The notes under the pieces: generated by a model
Databases searched by the model: none
What the model was told of the DNA's origin: nothing
What the model saw: only the letters and a program-made list of their open reading frames with translations
Translations under genes and position numbers: made by a program
Assembly: GCA_032718475.1 (NCBI GenBank)
Contig: JAUCBJ010007413.1
Location: forward strand, 1 to 37,754
Direction: 5' to 3'
Length of the DNA: 37,754 nt
From: Nemertoderma westbladi
Lineage: Eukaryota; Animalia; Xenacoelomorpha
In this document: positions 21,357-33,813 of the stretch, in pieces
Layout of the letters: each line of letters begins with the position of its first letter
Position numbering within the stretch: the stretch's first letter is position 1

Positions 21357-22152
21357 GTCCGTCTAAACACCCAAATCACACAAAATTTACCAAATCGCAA
21401 CAAATCACACCAAATCACACAAAAAATTATAATTTTTATTTTTTTCTAATCGTTTATTTTTTTGGTTTCTTCTGGCTACCACTGTAACATACTCCTTAAC
21501 TGTTCAATTTTTTTTGTGATTTGGTGTGATTTGTTGTGATTTGGTGTGATTTGTTGTGATTTAGTGTGATTTTGTATTATTCAGTGTGATTTGGTTTGGT
21601 GTCATTTAGTTTTGGGATTATTTTTTGTTATTCGGTTTGTGATTTGGTGTGATTTTGTTTGTGATTTGGTGTGATTTTGTTTGTGATTTGGTGTTATTTG
21701 TTGTGATTTGGTGTGATTTTGTTTGTGATTTGGTGTTATTTGCTGTGATTTTGTTTGTGATTTGGTGTTATTTGTTGTGATTTTGTATCATTTGGTGTGA
21801 TTTGGTTTGGTGTAATTTAGTTTTGGAATTATTTTTTGTTATTCGGTTTGTGATTTGGTGTGATTTTGTTTGTGATTTGGTGTTATTTGTTGTGATTTGG
21901 TGTGATTTTGTTTGTGATTTGGTGTTATTTGTTGTGATTTGGTGTGATTTGTTTGTGATTTGGTGTTATTTGTTGTGATTTGTTGTGATTTTGTATCATT
22001 TGGTGTGATTTGGTTTGGTGTAATTTAGTTTTGGGATTATTTTTTGTTATTCGGTTTGTGATTTGGTGTAATTTTGTTTGTGATTTGGTATTATTTATTG
22101 TGATTTGGTGTGTTTTGTTGTGATTTGGTGTGATTTGGGTGTTTAGATGGAC
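21357..22152. mobile_element. Foldback-type non-autonomous DNA element with TIRs and an internal ~10-bp repeat array
   Basis: Left GTCCGTCTAAACACCCAAATCACAC pairs with right GTGTGATTTGGGTGTTTAGATGGAC. Dozens of GTGATTTGGT/GTGATTTGTT units lie at ~21516-22140, with larger internal periods marked by TTATTTTTTGTTATTCGGTTT. Confidence 0.85.
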
Positions 22153-22224
22153 CCACGAATAGGCCCACGAAGATGGACAGAATTAATATAAATTGTAACA
22201 ATCCAAATCTATATTCCATGATTC

Positions 22225-22577
22225 GGTTTTAAACCCAGGCCGGGTTTGGGTGACCCGGACCCAGAACCAGACCCGGCAAAAAAGTCACCAGGTACTGGGT
22301 TTTATTAAAATTAAGCAATTTGCATGACATACCTATATACATAGGTACCAGTACACAAAGTTGCCTAAAGCAGTAGGTAGTCAGGTAGTAGTAGCATCTT
22401 CTTACATTTTATATCATTTTCGATTTTTTTTCGTTTGGTTTAGGCCCACCTATCATTTTTTTAGATTTTTTTTTATTTTTATCCTTTTTGATATCACAAG
22501 TGTTGACCTGGACCCAGACCCTGCCTTTTTGAGACTGACCTGGACCCAGCAAAATGTTCGACCTGGTCGTTTACTAG
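22225..22577. mobile_element. Degenerate MITE-like fragment with GACC(C/T)GGACCCAG motifs
   Basis: Motif recurs at ~22252, ~22505 and ~22537; no paired termini identified. Confidence 0.3.
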
Positions 22578-23295
22578 TCGTAGGAGATATATCCCCTACC
22601 CTGCCCCCCCCCCCCCCCCCCGTCACCCCCATAGACGACCATGCCATAAACGCAGGCGCCACGCCACCTACGCAGGCGCCACCCACGCAGACGCTGCCCT
22701 GGCTGGAAACATCCATACCCAGTTGAGTAGGTAGGACCAACCCGGAAGGACCGCAGGGCAAAAAACGGCGGGCATCAGCCCTTCGTAGTCGGGATGGAGT
22801 GTACCATCGCATTGCTGTGGAACTGTTGTACCAATGGACCAATTATCATATTGTAATATTTGTAATTAGTAATTATTGACATAATTATAATAATTACTTA
22901 TTAATTTTATTATAAATTTATTTGGGAGTCTATGGGGGACCTCAAGCCCCCCCCCCCCCCAATCGGCATCACATGGAATTAACTGTGATATTGACTTTGT
23001 AGTACTTCATTTCTTTCACCTTAACATAGCAGTCCTACCTTATTAGTATGTTAATTCCCGTACTGAGTTAATAGATATAGAACACCCGTATTTAAAAGCT
23101 TTTACCGTGACCCCTGAAAAAAACCTCCAAAAACCCACTTTGCACATTATTACCCAATACAATACATACAACCCTCCCACAATTAATAATGTCCTGGATA
23201 TTGCGTGTCAGCCAATGGCAGTACACCATACGATACAGCGTGCCAATAATAGAGAGGCAACCCTGCATGGATGGAACCAACCAATATGTGTGTAA

Positions 23296-23664
23296 TGTTA
23301 TCGGGGGATACCTACAACAGTGACGTAGGTTCTCAACAACAGGACACAGTAATTAATCACAAACCGTAAAGACACCAATATCCCGACCGTTAAATAACAC
23401 AATGTAAATTGAATGCAGCGAAAACAGGAATACCTAAGTAATGCAAAGAATCTACGAATAATAGAACATACCAAATATAAATAATTTAAATAATACACAA
23501 AAAACATACAAATAATTAAGCCAATAAATAATACACAATAAACATCCAAATAATTAATAATACACAATAAAAATCCAATTTATTAAAGCAGTTTACGAAA
23601 GGGAAAATAACCAGTTTATAAAAAACAGAAAAAATCAATAAATGAATTTCACCCCCACCCTTCA
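23296..23664 (-). repeat. Polypurine tract and candidate 3' LTR of BEL element no. 2
   Basis: GAAGGGTGGGGG-TG lies at and just after the pol stop (PPT ~23652-23663). The candidate LTR runs from TG at 23651 to ...AACA at 23296; the distal boundary is uncertain. Confidence 0.5.
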
Positions 23665-26600
23665 TTCAAAGGATCCTCGAACAGCACAAGCTTCCAAGAA
23701 AGAGACTACGGCGACCGGCCGCTTGTATGTGCCGCTGGGTGTACGCACCATTACCGTGCGGACCTGCCTGTCCTCACTAGGGTGTGTCTCCAGTATCCGT
23801 CCCAACTCATATGTCTCTTGTAACAGCCCCATTGAGAGGACCATCACCAGGTCGCCCACGTTGAGGTTTGGGACCTCTCAATTCCACTTTCCCCGTACTG
23901 TCAGCGTAGGAAGGTATTCTCTGACCCATCGTTTCCGGAAAGTCTCGGCTAGCGCTTGGACCTGGCGCCATCAAACCCGTCCCAACAGGTCCCCTTGAGT
24001 CAACACGCCAGGACACTTCTGTGTATACCGTCGACCCATTAGGAAGTGTGCTGGAGTTAGTGCCTCATAATCATCGATATTGTTGCTTGTTGGAGTCAGT
24101 GGTCGGTTGTTCAAAATCGCTTCTACATCGGTAAGGACCATCGCCAACGTGTCATCATGGATACGTTGGGATCCTAACATCACTACCAAGTTATCCTTAA
24201 GGGAATGGACAAGCCGCTCCCAAGCCCCGCCGAAGTGAGGACTCAACGGCCCGATGAATTTCCACTCTATTCCTCCTTCCGCCAGTGTCGTGGCTATTCC
24301 CTCCTCCTCCATTTCCCTGAGACACCATTTTAATTCGTTATTCGCCCAGTCGAAATTCGTACCATTGTCCGAATATATCAGCCCCAGTTTACCCCGCCGC
24401 GCCATAAATCAGCGCCATGAGGATGGCATTCATTGTTAGATCGAAGGAAACTTCCAAGTGTATCGCTCGCGTAATGAGGCACGTGAACAACGCCCCGTAA
24501 CGTTTTACCGTCGAGCGACCGAGAGTAACGTGGATAGGACCGAAGTAGTCGACTGCGGTATAGTAGAACGCAGGTACCAACGAATCAACCCTTTCCCTCG
24601 GTAAAGGAGCCATGAGTGGTACCGCTGGTCGTTGTAGTAATCGACATCGACAGGGATAGCAACCGCGTAGCACCCCCTTTATCGTGGCTCGCCCCCTCGT
24701 TACCCAGTAAGCCCCTCGCAGCTCCGCCAATACTGCTTCAACCCCACTATGACCGAGATGCCGATGGATCTCCCAGATTATCAATCTCGCCAGAGGACTA
24801 TTATGCGTGAGGACGATCGGGTGGTTGGTATCCTCGCTCACAGATGCGTTTTGTGAGCATCCCCCAACCCGCAGAACCCCGTCCCCCGATAACCAAGGTT
24901 GCGTTTATTGAGCGAGCTGGTGTGATGGATAGCTTTCCCTGCACGAATCCATTCAATCTCTTCTGCGAAAGACTCCGACTGGTCCCCCTTGACCAGAGCT
25001 ATCAATTCATCCACCGAGAGATGCCCGAACCGTTGCATCGCTTGGTCCCTCTGTTTAGAGTTGGAAATGAACTGCATTACCCAAGCGGCTCTCCATAATG
25101 CATGTCAATAGAGAGAATACCGCCGCAGATCAAGGATCGTTCCTATTGGTCCCAGCGAGTGAAACGAGGCCCCACAGAGTTTGATTTCGGGGTCAGTTTC
25201 GTCGTCCTTAATAAGTGGGGACGCCGGCCATTCCGGCAGTTTGGCCCGTAGGAACCGCGGCCCACAAAACCATTGGCTGGACTCTGTCAGTTCAGCCGCG
25301 GCGAGTCCCCTCGTCCCATCGTCAGCAGGATTGTCCGCTCCCAGTACTTGCTGCCAGTCTGCCCGTTCTGAAGCGTCCATAATCTCCGCTACCCGATTCT
25401 CAACGAACATATGAAACTGCCTAGAGGGGTTACCGATCCACTGTAGTACCGTCGTTGAATCCGACCAATAAACAGTTCGAGTAACATCAATCTTTAGCTC
25501 CCCCTTCAATATCCCAGACAGACGGATCCCCAGCACTGCGGCCTGTAGCTCTAGCCAAGGAACCGGCAGCCATTACATCAGCGCCAGTCGGCTTTTCCCC
25601 ACCACGAAGGAACAACGCGCCGATTTGTCTCGGAACTCGGAGCGCATATACACGACACACGCAAAGCCGTCCTCGGTCACATCGCAGAAGATATGCACCA
25701 CACGGCTCACCACTCCTGGAAATCCCGCCTCATACCAACGAGGGATCCTCAAACCCGTCAAGGTCCTAGCATCTTCCTTCCATCCTAGCCATATATCTAG
25801 AACTTCCTCCGGGATGGGTTTATCCCAATCCATTTTCAACACCCAGAGTTTTTGCATAATGCATTTCGCAATGAAGATTACTGGGACGAGGAATCCCAGA
25901 GGATCGAAAATGGAACTTATGGTAGACAAGATTTCCCTCTTCGAGCCCTCGTCACTAACTCCCGTGATGTTAAACTTAATCGCGTCCGTCTCCATTTCCC
26001 AGCTGATCCCCAGTGCTTGATCCGTCGGCAAATCGTATCCCGCTAAATGGTGGGCATTGCTCGCTCCCCCGCCGGTACTGTTCCTAGCAACTCTCGTGAA
26101 TTGCTAGCCCACTTTACAAGGAGCATCCCATACCCCTTGAGTCTTTCCCTCAGCCCGCATACTAGCGCAATGGCCTGCGACATGTCTGCATTCGATCCTA
26201 ATAAGTCATCTGAATAGAACGACTCCAGAACAGCATGCCGTACTTCCGTAGAACACGGCTCGTCCAATATCATTGATCTCAGCGCGGAGCAGCAACCCGC
26301 GATGACCCCGAATACTTGAACAATCATCTGGTAGGTAACGATTGGTTTGGTTACAGCATTGCGCCACAGGAATCGCAGGGAGCGTTGGTCTCTTTTAGTT
26401 ACGTGAATCTGATGATACATCGCCTTTATATCTGCCGCAAAGACAAATTCATGTCGTTGGAATTGCAGGAGGACTCCCACCAAAAAGTCCGGCCCCGAGT
26501 AGAGCTTATCATTGAGCGATTCTCCCTTATGGTGATTTGCAGCATTGAACACAACCCATACTCGCCCAGCTTCTTGGCCGAGACTACGCCGTGGTGAGGA

Positions 26601-27680
26601 AGGTACCAAGTCCGATCATCCTTCCTCGCCAACTCGTCGTCCGTAGTGCAGCGTGCGTACCCATCCATGATGTACAACCCGATGGTTTCTCGATAAAGTT
26701 TCTCGAATCCAGAATCTTTCAAGAACCTCCTTTCTAGCGACATGAGTTGTGAATGGGCAGTCACTCGGTTATCCGGGAGTCGCAGGTTCGAGTCCTTCCA
26801 AGGCATCCCGACCATGAAGTGACCACTGGGAAGTCTTTTCTTGGAGATTTCCATAAACCTCATCGCTGTACGGTCGTTCTGTGAAGTCGGCCATGTCTCC
26901 TCAAACCTGGTCCCAAAACTTTCCGTTGTCCAGAATTTCTCGAGTCGCTTATCGAGTTTCTCGATGTCCACCCTCCCTGTAACCCCACAGAGTTTCCTTA
27001 CCAGCCTTGGTCCCCGACCAGTGTCGACCAGTCCCCATACCGTCCACCCATATAATGTTCGCAATGCATATGGTTGTCCCGGGTCCCCCCGTTTTACTTC
27101 CGAGGGGCAGAAATCTCTGGTATGTTGGCTCCTATCAGAGCGATGACTCATGAATAATCCACCTATGCTGGTATTGATATCCCAGCAAGATGAGGGTAGA
27201 TAGATTCTTACGAGTTTATTGCGTGAGATATGGCGCCTCGGTCAGTTTATTGCGGAGATAGTCCTCGCCTCCCCAATTTCCACAACCTCCCTTCCCTTAT
27301 GGCAGTCGTCCTGGGGGCCGATCCCGAAGGACACCCTTCGCGATTCTCACTTGGGTCCATCCCGCTCAACTTTCCCGATCTGTATCTGGAAGTATCATGT
27401 ATCTGGACAACTCCCGAGTCTTCTGTCCCAACCCGCGGAATATCTTCCCCACAAGATGTGGGGCCGACAGGCGCAGGGCTCCCATCCAGCCCTTCGCCTG
27501 TAACCCCGCCGCCTCGACACGGTTCCGCATTGCCGCCTTCCAGATCCGCCTCACCTTCGAAGTCTCTCAGCCGTTCCGAGAGTTCTTCTCCTCCTTCTAT
27601 CCTGGCTTCCTCATCCAAGAGCCTCGCTTTGAATCGTTTACTTATATCAACATTTAATAGTGCAATATATATGGACTAGC
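23296..27680 (-). mobile_element. Decayed BEL/Pao LTR retrotransposon no. 2 (GC-rich family); pol nearly complete, most of gag deleted
   Basis: PYALRTLYGWTVWG, LEKFW..ESFG, WYLPHHGV (26426-27151); RT AADIKAMYHQI..LRFLWR, FYSDDLL (26043-26609); ALGISW, KREILSTISSIFDPLG, HIFCD (25573-26031); YWSDSTTVLQWI, NPADDGTRG (25105-25536); integrase H..GH..C..C, AVDYFGP, LFTCLITRAIHLE (24389-24841), SDNGTNF, PHFGGAWERLV, NNRPL (23971-24405); DUF5641-like (23662-23859). Confidence 0.93.
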
Positions 27681-27717
27681 GGTTATACATAGCGGTTATA
27701 CATAGCGGTTATACATA
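27678..27717. repeat. 13-bp tandem repeat x3
   Basis: TAGCGGTTATACA repeated three times. Confidence 0.85.
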
Positions 27718-28439
27718 ACTGCATACTTTTGGTATTGTCTTCATTAGTTATTTCATGAAAGTACTTAAAGTAAACTACTACATTGGTGAAATATTGTAAT
27801 ATTCCTTCCAAACATTTCTAATGGGGGGGGGGGGGGGGTGGAATTTTTTTCGCAATTAATTAATATCTAAAAAATATAAGCATGTAAAAAATATGCAATG
27901 TATAGAAGAACTGAAATAAAGATGAATTAGATAAAATGAATTAGTTCGTAAAAGTTCATCTCAAAAGAGAGTGATTTAGGGGGGATGAAATCTTGATCTT
28001 GACTGTAAGAATTGCTCGTGGCTGGCTGACTGAATGACTGGGTGGCTGGCTGACTGATCTACAACAGCCAAAACTACTCTTAATGATTTTGATGAAATTT
28101 TCACAGCGGCTGGCTAACTGGGTTCTAAGGTCCCTGGCATGATCGGCTACTCTATCCTTAGCCTCTGGGCTCGAAAAATAGACGTAAACGAAAAAAACTC
28201 CATAATCACAATGGTAAAATAACAGCGTGTCTGTCGTTATGTTGAGTTCAATTTTAAACGTTAATAACTCAGCTAATTCTCGATGAAATCTAACCAAACT
28301 TGGTACACATGTAGTCTGGTAAAAGTTTAGAAATTTTGCAAGTTGAATTTAGTCAGGTTAAAATAAGTTAGCATTTACGTCATACATCAGGGATCCTACT
28401 TGGTTCTTATAGAGGAGGTCAATAGGATCATATTGTAAC

Positions 28440-29390
28440 ACAATGAGTAAACAATGTGGCAAGAAGATAATGGGTATTTGATCCAGAAGTCTCCAATTCT
28501 GCCTCACATGGACCACTATGAAAATATAAAAAATGAAATTATTCCAAATTCATAATAAATGTTATTATAATTAATTGGCACAAAATCCCACAACATTACG
28601 GTTTGCACTTTAAATCTGCATTATTAGTAGCATCAACCTTATTCACGACATTGTCAATATATTTGAAGTAGCCCTGTAGTAGACTTCCATCCAGCAACAG
28701 TAACCTGTAGCATCACGAAGCATAAATGTCTTTATTCCAAACCTGACCCTCTTTATCGTGATGATGAAGAAATTGAAATGAAGATGACCCTTGTATAATA
28801 ACAGAGTTTCATCAAGTGAAAGTTCTTTTGTGGGCATATAAACAGAAAGAGTTCGTGAAATAATTATATTGAATCTGAGATTAGTTTTGACTTATTCGAT
28901 GTAATTGTATTGTCAGGATTCGAAAAATGCAAGAACCTCAATATGAATAAATAGCAGTCCCGCACCCCATGCGCAGCGCAGCGCATCCCCCCAAAGTACG
29001 GTGTCTACATTACAAGTTCCAATAAGTTTGAATAGTGGGTTTCTTTATAATACCTATAAGTAGTGTCAGGCCGATGACTGTCTTCATCTCCTGCAATGTT
29101 ACTCCCTCTTCCGTTGCTTAGCGACTCTTCCATTCGTGCAGTGAACCAGTAATTCAAACAGTTTATCGGGTAGGTATAGTTTTATATAGTTTTAAAGTAT
29201 AAAATTTCGCGAAGTGCCTGGTCAGTGGTAATGTCACTAATTATATTCCAGTCAACCGGTAAAGCATAAAGGCTTTCAGTCTCAGAGTCAGAGCCTTCCG
29301 TACCGGTACTGTTTTTTATTGATGTTTATCAGGCTCTGCCAGAATGAGTGATTCTCCTACTACTGACTGAGTGTGAGACTGAGATTTGAA
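28440..29390 (-). pseudogene. piggyBac-family transposase remnant (N-terminal half)
   Basis: VTLQEMKTVIGLTLLIGIIKKPTIQTYW, ILRFLHFSN and PTKELSLDETLLLYKG...KRVRFGIKTFML.DA.GY (ORF 28643-28837), which includes the first catalytic Asp motif. Confidence 0.85.
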
Positions 29391-29738
29391 TGAAATTCAA
29401 ATTTGCCGCTTATTTTTTTTACCCTACCCTAATTTTTTTTCGCAATAATTTTTATTGTCCGTTTAAATCCTTTTTTTGTCCTTTCTTTTTGATTATTTAT
29501 GTCCTCCAAAAATCTAATGTTAGGTTCCATGCTACCGGTTTCTCTACTGCTGTTCTCTCAGGCTATCAGTACCGGTATTAGTATATATAGCACTATTTTG
29601 CTGTATTGTATGTACAGGTGTAGGTATAAAGCAGGTATTTCTGTATTTTAGTACCGGTACCGGCACCGGTACTGCTGTAGGCCTACTGTGTAGCCTACCA
29701 TTTATATACGGTACTGGTAGGCCTAACGGCTGACCAGT

Positions 29739-30500
29739 TGTTTTGGTTAGAAAATCCCGCCTCTGTAACCTGCTCCTTTCCCCCGCCTCTGTAACCTGCC
29801 CCTTTCCCTCAATTAGTTAAATGATCGTTTATTGTTTTGGTTAGAAAATCCCGCCTCTGTAACCTGCTCCTTTCCCTCAATTAGTTAAGTGATCGTTTAT
29901 TGTTTTGGTTAGGAAATCCCGCCTCTGTAACATGCTCCTTTCTCTCAATTGGTAATGTTATCGTTTATTGTTTTGGTTAGAAAATCCCGTCTCTGTAACC
30001 TGCTCCTTTCCCTGATTTGGTAAAGTGACTGTTTATTGTTTTGGTTAGAAAATCCCGCCTCTGTAACCTGCTCCTTTCCCTCAATTAGTTAAGTGATCGT
30101 TTATTGTTTTGGTTAGGAAATCCCGCCGCTGTAACCTGCTCCTCTCTCTCAATTGGTAATGTTATCGTTTATTGTTTTGGTTAGAAAACCCCGTCTCTGT
30201 AACCTGCTCCTTTCCCTGATTTAGTAAAGTGACTGTTTATTGTTTTGGTTAGAAAATCCCGCCTCTGTAACCTGCTCCTTTCTCTCAATTGGTAATGTTA
30301 TCGTTTATTGTTTTGGTTAGAAAATCCCGTCTCTGTAACCTGCTCCTTTCCCTCAATTAGTTAAATGATCGTTTATTGTTTTGGTTAGAAAATCCCGCCT
30401 CTGTAACCTGCTCCTTTCCCTGATTTGGTAAAGTGACTGTTTATTGTTTTGGTTAGAAAATCCTGCCTTAACCTGCTCCTTTCCATGAATTGGTAATTGT
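29739..30500. repeat. 68-bp satellite, 11 copies, with three monomer variants
   Basis: ATTGTTTTGGTTAGAAAATCCCGCCTCTGTAACCTGCTCCTTTC...GTTT at ~29739, 29831, 29899, 29967, 30035, 30103, 30171, 30239, 30307, 30375 and 30443. Confidence 0.95.
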
Positions 30501-30792
30501 TTTTGGCTATAAAATGAGTGTTTTGCTACGTCATGTTATAATTGATTATCTACAACAACCATAAACTATTAAATTTAGAGTCTTTTACCACAAGGCGCAT
30601 ATGGAATTCTATCTCATAGTCTATAAATCATGGAATCATGGAATGTTTTGGCACAGGCACAGTGAAACCAACTGTCCGGCAGATCAGAAATCAACAAATT
30701 TTGAATGTTTTGGCATAGGCATGTTGAAATCAACTGTCTGACAGTCCAGAAATCAGCAGTCTGACAGTTTGAGTTTGAAGAAATACATACAT

Positions 30793-30846
30793 AAAAAGTC
30801 ATTAAAAGGACAACAAAAGTCATTAAAAGGACAACAAAAGTCATTA
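30793..30846. repeat. 21-bp tandem repeat (2.5 copies)
   Basis: AAAAGTCATTAAAAGGACAAC twice, then AAAAGTCATTA. Confidence 0.8.
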
Positions 30847-31807
30847 TGCACAATTCGTAAAAAAAGGAGGACAAAAAAGTCAAATAAAAGGACATAAAAA
30901 ATCACTGCCATTTTTTTTGGTTGCTAAAAGAAATAATTTGAAAATGTAATTTGCCTAATGTAAAATTATTTTTTATTTTGTTTGTGATAATATACAATGA
31001 CTATATTATCTGTATATGACTTGAAATGCATACAATTAGGTGCACTGTTATTTACTTATTAACCCTTTCCGGACCATGACCTACATGGTAGGTCATCGTT
31101 CTACTGCTCCATGACCTACATGGTAGGCCATACTCTTACATTGGTCCCCAAGCACGCTTATAAAGTTGGAACACTTGCAGGTATGTTTTGATAGGCTATT
31201 GGAGCAGTTAGAAAAATAATTTTGCTTTGGCTGGGCGGGAAATTTAAAAATTTCCCAGTAGGCCTAAAGAAGTATAACAATATATGTAGTACAGGAAGTA
31301 CTAAGCAGTACGCTGATTTCAGATATAGGCCTAGGTGACTACAGTACAACGTATACTGGAGCGGTACCACCAGCGGTGCAGAAAACCCCCTGCAAGCTAT
31401 GGGTTCGATGGGGATGTTTCCTCTGCTAGTGGAGAAGATGACGAGGAATCGGTTGACGAGGAATCGGTTGACGAGGAATCGGTTGACGAGGAATCGGATG
31501 ACGAGGAATCGGACGAACATTCCGAAACTGCCGAGGGTGGAGGTGGCGGTGAAATCTGGAATATAATAGAGGGCGGCAACGGTCACTTAGACCACTACAA
31601 TGTTGTAGAGGAGGACTTTGATGGGACAGCTGTTGGTTATCATGATAATATCGATACAACCGATTGCGATTATAAGGTTGGCGACTATGTTGATCTGACA
31701 AAAATAAAAATATTTTTAAATATAAATATATAAAATGGCAAAAATATTTAACTGACAAACTTATTGAAATTCTGTGTAAATACACAAATCAACGGTTACT
31801 AAAACTA

Positions 31808-33813
31808 CAGTCGGGGTCTCAAAGTGCATCTGTTCTTTGAGATTTTCTCAAAGTTTTTCTAAAAGTGTCTAAAAGTCATTACATTACTCCCAACGGCCGC
31901 TTTGAATTCTTGTAGACACTTTTAGTTGGGAATCTCAAAGTGATTTCCTACTTTTAGGCACTTTGAATTCTTTGAGAAATGTCACTTTGAGGTAGTTTGC
32001 GGCACTTTTAATTCTTTGAGAAAATAAACTCCGAGGTATTCCTGATTGACAGCTCGTGGTGAGTTAACTGAGAGGCAGAGGCATTTTCGGGGAACAATAT
32101 TATGCGGGCAACAAAGTGATACTTGTGTGCTGGCCAGTTGTTCCATAGAAGCTATATTCCCATTAATTTATCAAATTGAGGTTCCTGAGGTCATTACGGA
32201 TGGGTTTTCGGTCGCAAGTACAAATTGAATTTACGGCACCCTAAAGTCTTTCTAAAAAACATTCATTCAAATAATACATGAAACAGGAAAAACAAGATTG
32301 ATTATTTTAATAACATAATACAATATCAGATTAACAATTAATATAAGAGAAACTGCACTGTAGTATCTCTGTGTATACGCAGTTTCATTATAATGACCTA
32401 AAGAAGCCCTGTTGGGAGAAAGCTTGTAATAACATTTGTTATTCATTTCATTAGTCACCTCAGGTCAAACCGTACTACCTTTAACTGTTTAATTAATATG
32501 ATAACTATGTTGACGAGAGCGCGATAATTCCTTCTTAAAAACTAAGAAAGGCTTTCGACTTTCAAGTACGATAGAACGGCTACAATCTTGTGTTGTTTTA
32601 GCCTAATAGAGATATTAAAATACCCCCTGCTGCTGGCGTTTATATTTGAGCATATTTTAAATGTTTGCCTCATATTCAATTGATGTGTACCGCGTTCTGG
32701 CAAAGCGGCACCCAGTTTAAGCTATCAATCACAGCTAGCGAGTAGCGACCAACGGACGGCGACCTTCAAACAAACAGGTGCAGAGCCGGAAAGAACTGTC
32801 ACATGCTTTGCTTGGCTTGTGGTACCATTTGATTACATAATAGATTTTGGCAGACTGGGCGGTCGCTCTGACCATATGCATTGCGCACCAACAATGCCTA
32901 AAACATCTATGGGAACAGCCAATTAGTGCGCTTGAATCATTTATCTTTATTCCTGCCTCTATCATTATTCTTTACTTTGTATAACACAATTTACAGTGCG
33001 GCAAAGTATGGCTGGTTGACCATTGAAATGCATTGGTAAAGGTATTCGGCGTTCACGTGGGCTAAACAAATTTAAACAATACAGTTTTAGCACTATACAT
33101 TAATATAGATAGGGCAACAGACAAACTGTCTCTGACACAAATACCAACACATTCCGATAGCCCGCAATTATGACGTCTCTAAAGAGTCCAAATATAAATT
33201 AATAAAATCCTCTATGAAACAATAAAAATACCTACAAAAATACTGCTGTATTAACTATTAGTTACTGCAGTAACATATAACAATTACTGCAGTAACAAAT
33301 ATTTATTACTGCAGTAATAAATATTTATTGCTGCGGTAACAAATATTTATTACTGCAGTAACAAATATTTATTACTGCAATAATCAATATTAATAAATTA
33401 ATAAATAATTGAATAAAAATTTATACTGCAGTAATCAACATTAATAAATAATTGAATAAAAATTTCTACTGCAGTAACAAATTATTTGTTACTGCAGAAA
33501 AAGACAATTTTTTATTACTGCAGTAAGTTTAATTCTTACTTTCAGTAACAAATATTTATTACTGCAGTATTTTTTAGAGGCATCTTTATTGTTTCATAGA
33601 GGTTTTTATTACTTATATTTTACCCTATAGTCAAAGTCAATATACCCCATACTATAGCCAGCTTCAGGCAGGACTATATGAAATGACTGACAGTACTACT
33701 TTGAAATCTTTGAGGACACTTTGTCATTTTCTTGGACCACTTTTAGAAATTTGAGACACTTTTAGTTCTTTGAGAAAATCTCAAAGAACAGATGCACTTT
33801 GAGACCCCGACTG
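31808..33813. mobile_element. Non-autonomous TIR element with TA TSD (Tc1/mariner-like CAGT ends) nested in the piggyBac
   Basis: TA|CAGTCGGGGTCTCAAAGTGCATCTGTTCTTTGAGATTTTCTCAAAG ... exact reverse complement ...CCCCGACTG|TA (about 46 bp perfect). CTTTGAG/CACTTT subterminal repeats; no transposase seen. Confidence 0.92.
33183..33626. mobile_element. AT-rich MITE with ~60-bp imperfect TIRs and internal TTACTGCAGTAA palindromic repeats
   Basis: Left AAATATAA.TAATAAAATCCTCTATGAAACAATAAA..TACCT..AAAAATACTGC is mirrored at ~33564-33626; about ten TACTGCAGTA-type units lie inside. Confidence 0.8.

Noticed and set aside
22361-22842. Overlapping Pro/Gly-rich ORFs
   Set aside because: They arise from a C tract and short ACGCAGGCGCC repeats; no domain similarity recognised.
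23642-27679. Plus-strand ORFs over BEL no. 2 (e.g. 25625-26020, 27230-27679)
   Set aside because: Antisense shadows of GC-rich pol/gag sequence with no recognisable motifs.
238-27838. Long G/C homopolymers (~238-257, 1794-1817, 2206-2231, 22604-22621, 22947-22960, 27823-27838) as a functional G-quadruplex system
   Set aside because: Such tracts are typical of MITE interiors and their lengths are unreliable in assemblies; no further evidence.
29739-30500. CRISPR-like array (conserved core + variable segment, fixed 68-bp period)
   Set aside because: Variable segments are three related, recurring variants rather than unique spacers; no cas genes; eukaryotic context.
31158-31785. Minus-strand repetitive ORFs (RFLVN, PIPRQ, SSSTD repeats)
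   Set aside because: Alternative readings of the 15-bp GACGAGGAATCGGTT repeat encoding the acidic piggyBac N-terminus on the plus strand.
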